64,000 bases of DNA, taken from the NCBI GenBank assembly GCA_963681965.1, contig OY820579.1, positions 608,001 to 672,000 of the forward strand. Direction: 5' to 3'. The stretch is from a bacterium (GTDB taxonomy: Bacteria; Electryoneota; JAOADG01). Shown in pieces: positions 1 through 9,809 of this stretch; positions within the stretch are counted from its first letter, which is position 1; each line of letters begins with the position of its first letter. A model generated the notes under the pieces. The model did not search any database. It saw only the letters and a program-made list of their open reading frames with translations, and was not told where the DNA came from. The position numbers and the translations under genes are program-made.

Positions 1-2
1 AT

Positions 3-596
3 AGCCAGAATCCGGAAATGTGGTTTGTGAAGACCCCGGGTTTGAAAGTGGTGGAACCCTCCACACCGTATGATGCATATGGATTGATCAAGGCGGCGAT
101 TCGCGATCCGAATCCTGTTATTTTCTTCGAACATAAATATTTATACCGACGCATCAAAGAGCGGCTGCCGGACGAAGAGTATGTCGTGGAAATCGGGAAA
201 GCCGATATTAAACGCGAAGGTTCGGATATTACTGTGGTCACCTATGGCTCGATGGTGCATTTCTCGCTGGAAGCGGCAGAAATTCTATCGAAAGAAGGGG
301 TGGAAGTCGAAATCGTCGATTTGCGCACGCTATTGCCGATCGATAAAGAAGCGGTTCTGAAGAGTGTTCGGAAAACCGGTAAATTGTGTACGATCCATGA
401 AGACACGCTGACTGCGGGGATGGGTGGCGAGATTTCCGCCATTGTCGCGGAACACGCCTTCGACAGTCTCGACGCGCCGATCAAACGGATTGCCGCCATC
501 GACACCCCGGTTCCGTATGCACCGCCGTTAGAGGAGTTCTTTTCGCCGAATACCGATAAGATTCTCAAGGCATTACGCGAGTTGGCAGCCTATTAA
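3..596 (+). CDS. 2-oxoacid (pyruvate/branched-chain) dehydrogenase E1 beta subunit, 5'-truncated by window edge
   Basis: The frame is open from the window start (SQNPEMWF). Motifs TPGLKVV, DPNPVIFFEHK, EIVDLRTLLP and LDAPIKR are present, and an E2 gene lies downstream. Confidence 0.93.
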   Translation, partial: SQNPEMWFVKTPGLKVVEPSTPYDAYGLIKAAIRDPNPVIFFEHKYLYRRIKERLPDEEYVVEIGKADIKREGSDITVVTYGSMVHFSLEAAEILSKEGVEVEIVDLRTLLPIDKEAVLKSVRKTGKLCTIHEDTLTAGMGGEISAIVAEHAFDSLDAPIKRIAAIDTPVPYAPPLEEFFSPNTDKILKALRELAAY

Positions 597-656
597 TCGT
601 AAATCCCCGGGTGCGTTTCAAGTAAATGCACCATTACCAAAAGGTTGGAGTGCACT

Positions 657-914
657 ATGGCACATTTTTCCATCAGTGAATTAACGACGATGCGCGAAAT
701 CCTCGAGATGGCGATGAAACGCGAACAGGATAGCGTCAACTTCTACACGACGGCGGCAGAACGCGCCCAAAATAACACCGAAAAGAAAATGTTCCTCGAT
801 TTGGTGGAAGAGGAGCAGGGTCACCGCGATGCACTTGCCCGTCAATTGGAAGAGGTTCTGGCGCAAATGGAGATCGATCGCGCCATCACTGGCGAAGATC
901 CGATGATTGATTAA
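657..914 (+). CDS. Small ferritin-like/rubrerythrin-type protein
   Basis: AMKREQDSVNFY...LVEEEQGH gives the E..Y and EExxH diiron-type helix pair. GGAG RBS precedes ATG 657. Confidence 0.75.
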   Translation: MAHFSISELTTMREILEMAMKREQDSVNFYTTAAERAQNNTEKKMFLDLVEEEQGHRDALARQLEEVLAQMEIDRAITGEDPMID

Positions 915-1019
915 TAAGAAATTACCAGCATTCATTCTGCGGTGAAAATATAATCTGTTGTTTTATCGTATTCGCCGCGAGCACACTCATTTATTACAAA
1001 TTTAAGTGCAGGAAAACAA

Positions 1020-2513
1020 ATGGCTAAAGTCGATATGGTGATGCCGCAATTAGGCGAATCGATTGCCGAAGGCACGATTGTTAATTGGAAAGTGAAAGTT
1101 GGTGACAAGGTCGAGCGCGACGGTACGATTCTGGAAGTCGCGACCGATAAGGCGACCTTGGAAGTTCCTTCCCCGGCTACCGGAATTCTGGCTGAAATTC
1201 TTGTAAATAAAGATCAAACTGTGCCAATTAAAACGGTGATTGCGCGGATCGAGACCGATGTTACCGCTTCGGTAGGGGTGACACCCGAGCCGAAGGTCGA
1301 CCGCCCGAAGGATTTTCCGGAACCAGTTCACACCGAGCAGGTGGATGCGCGCAGTACCTCTCCGCATGACGGTTCGGATCGTGGTGGATTGGAACCGAAG
1401 GTTTTTCAACGAGGTGGAAAGTCGGAACCGGCTCCTGCACCGGTCGCACCGGTGGCAAAAACGGCGGCAGCGCCCGTGGTTTCTGGCGAGAAGCGGTTTT
1501 ATTCGCCGGTGGTCATGAAAATTGCCGCAGATAACATGATAGGAATGGAAGAGTTAGCTCGAATTCCCGGGACTGGTCTTGATGGTCGTGTATCGAAAAA
1601 AGATCTCGAAGCCTATTTATCGCATCGGGTAGTTTCACCTGCCACTTCCGTTTCATTAGTAATGGAGCAAACAGCTCAACCGACTTCGAGTTATGCACCG
1701 CCGCCACCGCCTCCACCAGCACCAATTGCGGGTGTGGATAACTCCGGCTATCTCATGGTACCGAATTATCCACAGTATCAAGCGACTTGGAAAGAGGGCG
1801 ATCGGGTCGAAGTGGTCCCGATGGAATACATCCGGCGTAAGATCGCGGAACATATGGTGTATTCGAAACATACCGCACCACACGTCTATTCCAGTTGCGA
1901 AGTCGATCTGACTCGCATTATGAAGTGGCGTGAAATCAATAAGAAACGAATTCAGGATCGCGAAGGGGTCAACCTGACGCCAACCGTTTTTGTGACATAT
2001 GCGGTGATTCAGGCACTGAAGGAGTTCCCGTGGGTGAATGCGTCGGTGCGTGGTACCGAAGTGATTGTTCGGAAAGATTATCACATCGGGATTGCCACCG
2101 CTACCGAAAAAGATCTTGTCGTTCCGGTTGTCAAACATGCCGACCAGCTTTCGTTGATCGGGATTGCGAAACAGATTTCCGCATTGGCAGCGAAAGCGCG
2201 AAACAAGACGATTACCCCGGATGAATTGCAGGGGGGAACGTTTACGATCACAAATGCCGGTATTTTCGGCAATATCTGGGGTGCACCGATCATTAATCAG
2301 CCGCAAGTCGCGATTCTCAGTACTGGCGCGGTGGTCAAGCGGGCGTGGGTGTTGACCGATGCCGACGGCGAAGATACGATTGCGATCCGCAGTATTATGG
2401 CACTGACGCTCAGTTACGATCATCGTGTGGTCGATGGAATGCTCGGCGGCAAATTCCTCAGCCATATCCGCAAGACCCTTGAGGCGCTGAAACCGGAGGA
2501 ATTAGGTTTGTAA
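1020..2513 (+). CDS. Dihydrolipoamide acyltransferase (E2)
   Basis: Lipoyl domain (MPQLGESIAEG, ATDKA), E3-binding domain (GTGLDGRVSKKD) and catalytic DHRVVDG. Confidence 0.96.
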   Translation: MAKVDMVMPQLGESIAEGTIVNWKVKVGDKVERDGTILEVATDKATLEVPSPATGILAEILVNKDQTVPIKTVIARIETDVTASVGVTPEPKVDRPKDFPEPVHTEQVDARSTSPHDGSDRGGLEPKVFQRGGKSEPAPAPVAPVAKTAAAPVVSGEKRFYSPVVMKIAADNMIGMEELARIPGTGLDGRVSKKDLEAYLSHRVVSPATSVSLVMEQTAQPTSSYAPPPPPPPAPIAGVDNSGYLMVPNYPQYQATWKEGDRVEVVPMEYIRRKIAEHMVYSKHTAPHVYSSCEVDLTRIMKWREINKKRIQDREGVNLTPTVFVTYAVIQALKEFPWVNASVRGTEVIVRKDYHIGIATATEKDLVVPVVKHADQLSLIGIAKQISALAAKARNKTITPDELQGGTFTITNAGIFGNIWGAPIINQPQVAILSTGAVVKRAWVLTDADGEDTIAIRSIMALTLSYDHRVVDGMLGGKFLSHIRKTLEALKPEELGL

Positions 2514-2537
2514 GAAACGTCAATGTTTCTCGTAAAC

Positions 2538-2569
2538 ACAACCGGGCGTCTGTAGAGGCGCCCGGTTGT
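2538..2569. terminator. Hairpin terminator after E2
   Basis: ACAACCGGGCG/CGCCCGGTTGT inverted repeat. Confidence 0.65.
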
Positions 2570-2737
2570 ATATTATATAATTAATAACTAATGCTAAGCT
2601 TTAATTTTGTATTAAGTGGTTTAATAACAATTAAGTTAAAAAACTACATCTTATTCTTGCAAAAGATTGTATCATGTGTTATGTTTATTTTTTTTATTCC
2701 AGACGTAGACAAATACTCTTAGAGGAAGTATGTACTA

Positions 2738-2767
2738 TTGCATTGATGATACTATCCGTAGTATTAT
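2738..2767 (+). promoter_or_regulatory. Putative sigma70 promoter with overlapping palindromic operator for the hicAB-secB operon
   Basis: TTGCAT-18 bp-TATTAT, with palindrome ATACTA-tccg-TAGTAT at 2749-2764. Confidence 0.45.
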
Positions 2768-2790
2768 GAGAAACTATTTCGGTCAGCTCT

Positions 2791-3141
2791 ATGTCAAAGC
2801 GAGTTGATAAGATTCTTGCAAAATGGCGTGTAACTGGACAACCTATCCCGATCAAAGAGGTGTACGCCGTTTTAGAAGAGTATCTTAACAATTATTGGCG
2901 TAAAACGAATGGCACATCTCATCAAATTCAAATTGAACATCCGATTCTGTCTTCGATTCCTTGTGTTAGCAATCCATTAGGGGTAATGACTATCTGTGTA
3001 GATGGAAACAATGTTAAACCTTTGTATTGTAGACGCTTACTTAAAGTAATCGACGCACTTAAGGATAACTCCCATGACAAAGAAAACCTTAAATTATTAC
3101 TTGAATCAGAGATATCCGATTCAATTGATACAACTGACTGA
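2791..3141 (+). CDS. hicA: HicA-like toxin (mRNA interferase)
   Basis: Small basic protein with a GTSH (GSH-type) motif and a VKPLY..RLL helix, directly upstream of a HicB-like gene. Confidence 0.65.
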   Translation: MSKRVDKILAKWRVTGQPIPIKEVYAVLEEYLNNYWRKTNGTSHQIQIEHPILSSIPCVSNPLGVMTICVDGNNVKPLYCRRLLKVIDALKDNSHDKENLKLLLESEISDSIDTTD

Positions 3142-3622
3142 TAATGACGGAGGAGGATGGAATGCTTCGATTCCGCAATTGGGATCGTACACATTTCAAG
3201 GCGATGGCGATACTATTGAAACGGCACTGGAGAATTTAGACGCAGCGAAACGTGAATTCTTTCAATTGGCGATTGATCGCGGTATTGAACTTCCTGATCC
3301 AATTAGCGAGAATGAAGAAAATTATAGTGGAAAATTTGTTGTACGTGTTCCTAAAAATCTTCATCGCTCGCTTTCAGAAGCTGCAACTGAAAATGAGTGC
3401 AGTTTGAATCAGTACGTCGTCTCACTACTATCTTCAGGAGTGACATCGAAATATTTCAAAGCTGCTGCTGACAAATGGCAACAAGAAGTATTGCATCAAA
3501 TGCTCCAAGAAATTACTCATGTTAGGAGTTTACTGCCTCATAGGCATGATTTTGATCGAAGTCTTGTAGATTTCCAATCGCACTCTCGAGAAATTAATTA
3601 TCCATATGCAAGGGCGATTTGA
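3074..3622 (+). CDS. hicB: HicB-family antitoxin with C-terminal extension
   Basis: GGWNASIPQL..QGDGDTIETALENL, GIELPDP and YSGKFVVRVPKNLHRSL...SLNQYV (RHH), followed by about 55 extra residues. Confidence 0.9.
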   Translation: MTKKTLNYYLNQRYPIQLIQLTDNDGGGWNASIPQLGSYTFQGDGDTIETALENLDAAKREFFQLAIDRGIELPDPISENEENYSGKFVVRVPKNLHRSLSEAATENECSLNQYVVSLLSSGVTSKYFKAAADKWQQEVLHQMLQEITHVRSLLPHRHDFDRSLVDFQSHSREINYPYARAI

Positions 3623-3623
3623 T

Positions 3624-4070
3624 ATGTCAGAACAATCCCAAAACAAGCTTCCTTTCAAGCTTAAACCTGAAGAATATCAAGAACTTCTTAGCGCAACTGA
3701 ATTGGAGAATATCAGTCTTATCAATTGGCATGTCCAGTTATTATGTAAAGAATTTCCTCAATGTGGTCAAGTATTAAAAATTGGTGTTAAATCAGAGAAC
3801 TCAATCATCTCAGATGAAAAGGCAACAATTCATCACACTTATACTTTAGACGTAAAAGGTGAAAAAAATGGCACAAAGACATTAAAAATTACCGCGACTT
3901 ATCTACTCGAGTTTTCTAGTAGTAAACGATTATCGAATGATTTTTTCGAGGTTTATAATAATGTAAGCTTACACACTACAATTTGGCCTTTTTTTAGGGA
4001 ATTGGTCTCCAATAGTACTGCAAGATTAAATATTCCTCCATTAACAATCCCGTTACTAAAATCATTGTGA
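3624..4070 (+). CDS. SecB-like chaperone
   Basis: C-terminal IWPFFRELVSNSTARLNIPPLTIP matches the SecB-like signature. It starts 1 nt after the hicB stop. Confidence 0.82.
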   Translation: MSEQSQNKLPFKLKPEEYQELLSATELENISLINWHVQLLCKEFPQCGQVLKIGVKSENSIISDEKATIHHTYTLDVKGEKNGTKTLKITATYLLEFSSSKRLSNDFFEVYNNVSLHTTIWPFFRELVSNSTARLNIPPLTIPLLKSL

Positions 4071-4286
4071 TTTATTAAAAAAGGGCCAATCGACTCTTTT
4101 TTCATGATCACTGCAGTTTCAGATTACGGATAGTGTTTCTGTTGATTCACTTATTGACTTGAGTGGAGCAAAAGAGTTCTTAAAATTGACTAAAGTCGTT
4201 GGTATAAAATAAATATACTTGTCTTCCATTAATCCAATTCCCAAAAGATACAATCCAACTAATAATAATATTACTGGGAGTCGCGA

Positions 4287-5279
4287 TTGAAATCGTGGAT
4301 TGTTGTATTCGTTTCATTACTTGTTATCATGCATCTTGGATTTACCGCTGAATTGCACCAACCGGGTTGGCATGAACTGTCGCTGATGGTGGGGAATGTC
4401 GAGCGGTGGTATCGGGTATATGTGCCTGATGACCTGCCGGAACATGCACCGGCAGTGATGCTGCTGCACGGTGGTACACAGAGCATGCGAAAGATTTTCG
4501 AGCGCAAGAACGGCGGTACCCAATATTGGCTCGATCTGGCGAAACGCGAAAAATTCCTGCTGATTGTTCCGAATGGCACCAACCCGAAAACCGGCGATAC
4601 AAAGGATGATAAACAGCGTTGGAACGATCTGCGCAAGCCGATCACCGCGACACTCGGAAAAATGGATGATGTGGGATTCATCCAGACGCTCCTTGATTGG
4701 TCAATCCGAACCTACGCACTCGATTCCACGCGAATATATCTGACCGGCGCATCCAATGGCGGAATGATGTCCTATCGATTGCTGCTGGAATTACCGGGTC
4801 GGTTTGCTGCGGCGGCTGTGTTTATCTCCTCTATCCCGAACGATCCGAACGTATTACAGCGACACGATGTTCGACCCATCCCGCTATTGATCGCGAATGG
4901 TACGAAAGACCGCTTCTTCCACTGGAATGGTGGGTATCAAAAGCAGGTCGGTGATGTGATCGGCGCGAATCAGTTAGTGTCTTGGTGGAATCGAACCAAT
5001 CAAACCGATTCAACTAAAGCGGTGAGCGATACTCTGCCCGATCGCGATTCCAAAGACGGTTGCCGGATATATCGAACCTACTACCCGCCGCAGAAAAATG
5101 GTGCTCCACTCGTGTTTTACCAGATCGATGGTGGTGGACACAATTTGCCGTCAATCGCTTACACGATCCCGCAGAATTTTATGGTGAAATGGATCTTCGG
5201 AACGAATTGCCGTGATGCCGAAGGAGCAGAGCTGGCGTGGGAATTCATGAAAAAGTTCCGTAGCGGAGATAATCGCTAG
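4287..5279 (+). CDS. Secreted alpha/beta hydrolase (LpqC / PHB depolymerase-like esterase)
   Basis: Signal peptide, LLHGG, DDVGFI, G-A-S-N-G-G nucleophile elbow, NGTKD and GGGH. Confidence 0.85.
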   Translation: MKSWIVVFVSLLVIMHLGFTAELHQPGWHELSLMVGNVERWYRVYVPDDLPEHAPAVMLLHGGTQSMRKIFERKNGGTQYWLDLAKREKFLLIVPNGTNPKTGDTKDDKQRWNDLRKPITATLGKMDDVGFIQTLLDWSIRTYALDSTRIYLTGASNGGMMSYRLLLELPGRFAAAAVFISSIPNDPNVLQRHDVRPIPLLIANGTKDRFFHWNGGYQKQVGDVIGANQLVSWWNRTNQTDSTKAVSDTLPDRDSKDGCRIYRTYYPPQKNGAPLVFYQIDGGGHNLPSIAYTIPQNFMVKWIFGTNCRDAEGAELAWEFMKKFRSGDNR

Positions 5280-5489
5280 GAATCGATCTTGATTCTAGAA
5301 ACCTACCGATTCGCATTATCGATCTAGTTCATACTGTCAATTAATATTCGCGAATTGGTAATGCTTGTATATTTTGATCGCATCAAGATTTTTTCTGCTT
5401 GGGAAATTTCCATTGCAGAAATTCGATAATTGCTAAATACACAACAACAATCACTAATAGTGGTAAAGAAACAAGCCTACGATCCTTTA

Positions 5490-6579
5490 TACCGTTTCTC
5501 ATAAATAGTGTCGCATTGTTTCTTATCTTTATTTCATGCGACCTTTATCTCCTAATCCTGCGAATGGTACTTTGGACGAGATCGAAGAAGCCCTTCGTTG
5601 TTCGGTTGACCATGACGAGCACTGTCGCTTTCAAGGGATTAAAATGCTCTTGTTAGGGTTACCGGACAATCAAGTTTGTCAAGTGTTGTCGGTTGTACCG
5701 CGATCTTTACAGCGGTGGGTTCAGCATTGGAACGCCGGTGGCATTGACCGTTTGAAACGGATACCGCGACCGGGACGACCGCGCAAAGCTAACAAAGAAC
5801 AACGGTTTCTGGTTGTCGATTGGCTTACCCATCCCGAGCAGCACGGACAGACACACTGGACACTACGCAAGTTGCATGGCGTATTGCGTAGCGAACTACG
5901 CATCGAATTGGGCTATTCCACGCTCGCCCGTCTTGTTCGCGATGAACGATTTGCCTTGAATATGCCGCGATCCTGGCCGGCAAAACAGGATGCCGAGGCC
6001 CGGTTGGCTTTCACAGAACTGCTGTCGTCGCTGCTTGCCAGCGATCCCAATCGGATTTGGTTCTACGACGAAAGCGGCATTACCGGCGATCCACGCCCGC
6101 GCCGACGCTGGATGCGGAAAGGAGAACGACAAACGGTTCCCTTTACCGGCACCCATTTGCGGGAAAACATTTTGGGCGCGGTACAACCCTTATCCGGTCG
6201 GTTGTTTTCGCTGCAAATGCCGGAAGTGGATCGGGAACTGTTCCAGATTTTCCTTGACCACTTCGCCGAATATACCAAGGGCGAAAGGGTAACAATGGTG
6301 CTGGACAATGCCAGTTGGCACAAGGTTAAATCGTTAAACTGGCATCATATTCAACCAATATTCTTGCCACCCTATTCACCCGATCTCAACCCGATAGAAC
6401 GATTGTGGTTGTATATCAAAGAGCATTACTTCAACCATTGGTACAGCAAGTCCAGAGAAGAACTAAGAGATCGGGTAACATGGGCAATACAACAGCTACT
6501 CAATCAACCAGAAATTGTAAAATCTGTAACACGAGTGTGAGAGTAAATCACAATGCGACACGATTTTCAAGAAATGGTA
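5490..6579 (+). mobile_element. IS630-family insertion sequence, complete
   Basis: Imperfect 30-bp TIRs TACCGTTTCTCATAAATAGTGTCGCATTGT and (rc) TACCATTTCTTGAAAATCGTGTCGCATTGT. TA duplication at 5488-5489 and 6580-6581. Confidence 0.93.
5536..6540 (+). CDS. IS630-family transposase
   Basis: HTH region with PGRP; DDE motifs YDES, LDNASWH and LPPYSPDLNPIERLW. Confidence 0.96.
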   Translation: MRPLSPNPANGTLDEIEEALRCSVDHDEHCRFQGIKMLLLGLPDNQVCQVLSVVPRSLQRWVQHWNAGGIDRLKRIPRPGRPRKANKEQRFLVVDWLTHPEQHGQTHWTLRKLHGVLRSELRIELGYSTLARLVRDERFALNMPRSWPAKQDAEARLAFTELLSSLLASDPNRIWFYDESGITGDPRPRRRWMRKGERQTVPFTGTHLRENILGAVQPLSGRLFSLQMPEVDRELFQIFLDHFAEYTKGERVTMVLDNASWHKVKSLNWHHIQPIFLPPYSPDLNPIERLWLYIKEHYFNHWYSKSREELRDRVTWAIQQLLNQPEIVKSVTRV

Positions 6580-6939
6580 TAACAAACTGTCCGGAAGCGC
6601 ATAGCGGACAAACGAAAAAACGAGCATGGAAATTAGGATAAATCCGAAAACGATCTGCGCCGCAACAGCCTGCTGAACTTTCGGATTGGTAATCGCAGGC
6701 AGTTCATTCGACCATTGTCTAATGATTATCCAGAAAATTCCGGCATAGGCGATTATCATCGCCATACCCAATAGAATCCAGCGCGACATACACACTCCGT
6801 AAACTCCAAACCGGAAACGATTCAATCTTTTTATCCAAGCGACCGATCGAACGATGGTTGTAGTATACATTAAATATCGATATTCAAATTAATTTAATGT
6901 TCTTCGTAATTTATTTCAAATAATTATTCTGGATTTTAG

Positions 6940-6974
6940 AAAAAAAAAGACGCAAGAAGTGTATCCTTGCGTCT
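6940..6974 (-). terminator. Rho-independent terminator of valS
   Basis: AGACGCAAG/CTTGCGTCT stem followed by a T-tract on the minus strand. Confidence 0.8.
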
Positions 6975-7003
6975 GCTTCTATCGACTTTATTGAATGTCG
7001 TGC

Positions 7004-9799
7004 CTACTCGCCCAGCGACGCGAGATGCTCCTGCTGCAAGGCAATCTGCTCGATCAGGCGGTCGCGGGCATCCACAATCACCTGCACCGCTTCCGGCTTT
7101 GCCTTACTGACGAAATTTTCATTCGCGAGTTGTGCATTCTTACCGGTAAGCTGTTTGTTCAAATCTTCGAGCTTCTTGCGTCCCTTCGCTCGTTCGGCGT
7201 CAAGATCCACCAATCCCGCCAGCGGAATATAGACCGCAGTCGGACCTTCCGGCAGAATAAACGATGACGACGATTCCGGTCGCGCCAGATTTTCACCAAT
7301 GGTGAGTTCCGCCAATCGCGCCGATTGCCGAATCACCGACTCCATCTCACGCAACTCATCGCGGACCTCCGCGGCAGCGGTCGAGCAAATTACCGGGAGC
7401 GGTGTCTTGTCGGTGAGACCCACCGATGCACGCACATTGCGAATGCCACGCACCAGATCCATCATCACCATGAATTTCTGCTCGAGCGACGGATCGCGTC
7501 GCGTTTCTTCGAGCTCCGGCCAATCCGACACCACCAACAGGGTTCGCATTCCGTGCGGACCCCGTTCCGCCGTCGGATGACGTTGCCACAACTCTTCGGT
7601 GATATGCGGCATATACGGATGCAGCAACCGCACAAAGGTATCGAGCACCGTGTTCAGAGTACTGCGCACTTCGTTTGCACTCTGCAATTCATCCGCTGTC
7701 GGTGTACGTCCTTCCTCGTTCGGTGCCACCGCTTTCAAGCGCGGTTTGATCAGTTCCAGATACCAATCGCAGAATTCTTTCCAGAAGAAATCATACAGCG
7801 CAAGAGCACCGTCGTGCATCCGGTATTCACCGATTGCCGCCGTCACTTCCTTGTTCACATACTGCAGCCGCGAAAGAATCCAGCGATCTTCCCGCGCCGA
7901 TGGCTGTGCCGGAAGCGATTGCGGAGTCGCTGTTTCCAGAGCAGTATAAGCAAACCGCACCGCATTCCAGATCTTATTCGCGAAATGCTTGCCCATCTCC
8001 ATCCGATCGGCACTCAGCTTAATATCCTGTCCCTGCGTTTCAAGCATCATCAGGGAGAAGCGCACCGCGTCGCTGCCGTACTGATCGATGAGATCGATCG
8101 GATCGATGCCGTTACCGAGCGATTTCGACATTCGGCGACCCTGTGTGTCAAGCACGGTGCCGTTGATATACACGGTCTGGAACGGACAATTTGTTTCCAC
8201 CGATTTCCCGTCGAGTTTCATGGTGCCGGTGTGGGGTTTGAATTTCTCACCCGCCATCACCATGCGCGCCACCCAGAAGAAAATGATTTCGCGTGCCGTC
8301 ACCAGCAGATCGCCGGGATACCATTTCTGTAAGTCGGGTGAATTCGTATCGGGCCAACCGAGCGTCGAGAACGGCCAGAGCTGCGACGAAAACCAGGTAT
8401 CGAGCACATCGGGATCCTGCTCGAGCGCATGGCTGCCGCACTTCGGGCAAGTCGTCGGATCTTCGCGATATGCGGCAATATGTCCGCAATCGGTACAAGT
8501 CCAAATCGGAATTCGGTGACCCCACCAGAGTTGGCGCGAAATACACCAGTCGCGCACTCCTTCGAGCCATCGTTCGTATGTCGTGCCGTAACGCGACGGC
8601 ACAAATTTCAGGCGACCTTCGCGATACGCTGCCAGTGCCGGTTGCGCGAGTGGCGCCATCTTCACGAACCACTGTTCGGAGAGATATGGCTCAATCACAT
8701 CGTCGGTACGATAGCAATGACCCACGGCATGGCGGTACGGCTCTTCTTTGATCAGCAATCCCTGCTCGGTCAAATCGGCAATGGCTACTTTCCGACAGGC
8801 GAACCGTTCGAGACCGCGATATTTTTCCGGTGCATTGTCATTCATCGTACCATCGGTGGCGATCACCACGAATGGTTCGAGACCGAATCGTTTACCGATT
8901 TCGAAGTCGTTGGCATCGTGTGCCGGCGTGATTTTCAAGCAGCCGGTACCGAAATCAAGCTCCACGGCAGAATCGCCAATCACCGGGATCAGACGGTCGG
9001 TCAACGGCAACTTCACCATCTTGCCGATATGTTGATTCCAGCGGGGGTCGTCGGGATGCACTGCCACCGCCATATCGCCGAACAGCGTTTCGGGGCGGGT
9101 TGTCGCCACCACCAGTTGACCACTGCCATCGGCGAGCGGATACGCGATATGCCAGAGGAACGAATCCTCGTCGCGATGTTCCACTTCATCGTCCGCAATC
9201 GCGCTGTGACAGGTCGGGCACCAGTTCACGATCCGGAGTCCGCGATAAATTAAATTTTCTTCATAGAGTGTACAGAACACTTCGCGCACCGCTTTCGCGA
9301 GCATATCGTCGAGCGTAAACCGCGTGCGCGACCAGTCGCAGGAGCAACCGAGGCGGCGCAACTGTTCGAGGATGCGTCCACCGTACAACTCTTTCCACTC
9401 CCAGACTTTCTTGATGAAATCTTCGCGTCCCAGCTCGTGTCGATTCGAGCCATTTTTCTTCAGTTCTTTTTCCACCACGGTTTGCGTAGCGATACCGGCG
9501 TGATCGGTACCGGGCAACCAGAGTGCATCGAAGCCCTGCATTCGTCGCATCCGGATCACTACATCCTGAATCGTGTTGTTCAGTGCGTGACCCATGTGCA
9601 GCGCACCGGTCACATTCGGCGGTGGAATCATGATGGCAAACGGCGGGCGACCGCGATCGCGCGCGATAAAGGCACCACTCTCTTCCCAAATCTTATACCA
9701 GTGCTGTTCCACCGATGCCGGTTCGTAGGCACCACTCGGTTTCTTTTCCACTGTGGGTTTCGCTGGATTTTCAGTCGGTTTTGACATTTTCTTTCTCAT
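7004..9799 (-). CDS. valS: Valine--tRNA ligase
   Basis: PPPNVTGALHMGH, WCISRQLWWGHRIP, RMSKSLGN and a C-terminal coiled coil. Confidence 0.98.
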   Translation of the reverse strand: MRKKMSKPTENPAKPTVEKKPSGAYEPASVEQHWYKIWEESGAFIARDRGRPPFAIMIPPPNVTGALHMGHALNNTIQDVVIRMRRMQGFDALWLPGTDHAGIATQTVVEKELKKNGSNRHELGREDFIKKVWEWKELYGGRILEQLRRLGCSCDWSRTRFTLDDMLAKAVREVFCTLYEENLIYRGLRIVNWCPTCHSAIADDEVEHRDEDSFLWHIAYPLADGSGQLVVATTRPETLFGDMAVAVHPDDPRWNQHIGKMVKLPLTDRLIPVIGDSAVELDFGTGCLKITPAHDANDFEIGKRFGLEPFVVIATDGTMNDNAPEKYRGLERFACRKVAIADLTEQGLLIKEEPYRHAVGHCYRTDDVIEPYLSEQWFVKMAPLAQPALAAYREGRLKFVPSRYGTTYERWLEGVRDWCISRQLWWGHRIPIWTCTDCGHIAAYREDPTTCPKCGSHALEQDPDVLDTWFSSQLWPFSTLGWPDTNSPDLQKWYPGDLLVTAREIIFFWVARMVMAGEKFKPHTGTMKLDGKSVETNCPFQTVYINGTVLDTQGRRMSKSLGNGIDPIDLIDQYGSDAVRFSLMMLETQGQDIKLSADRMEMGKHFANKIWNAVRFAYTALETATPQSLPAQPSAREDRWILSRLQYVNKEVTAAIGEYRMHDGALALYDFFWKEFCDWYLELIKPRLKAVAPNEEGRTPTADELQSANEVRSTLNTVLDTFVRLLHPYMPHITEELWQRHPTAERGPHGMRTLLVVSDWPELEETRRDPSLEQKFMVMMDLVRGIRNVRASVGLTDKTPLPVICSTAAAEVRDELREMESVIRQSARLAELTIGENLARPESSSSFILPEGPTAVYIPLAGLVDLDAERAKGRKKLEDLNKQLTGKNAQLANENFVSKAKPEAVQVIVDARDRLIEQIALQQEHLASLGE

Positions 9800-9809
9800 T
9801 TCATAAAAT

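Larger units (their letters stand above)
5383..6870 (-). pseudogene. Small membrane-protein gene interrupted by IS630
   Basis: Removing the IS and one TA joins ...LPDSLL in frame to KDRRLVSLPLLVIVVVYLAIIEFLQWKFPKQKKS* (TGA at 5385-5383). Confidence 0.75.

Noticed and set aside
1698-1722. Poly-proline run in E2
   Set aside because: It is ordinary flexible linker sequence with mixed codons.
7325-9253. Long antisense ORFs over valS (similar ones over E2, ffh and uvrB, and 27653-28495)
   Set aside because: These are shadow frames of conserved genes with no protein motifs.
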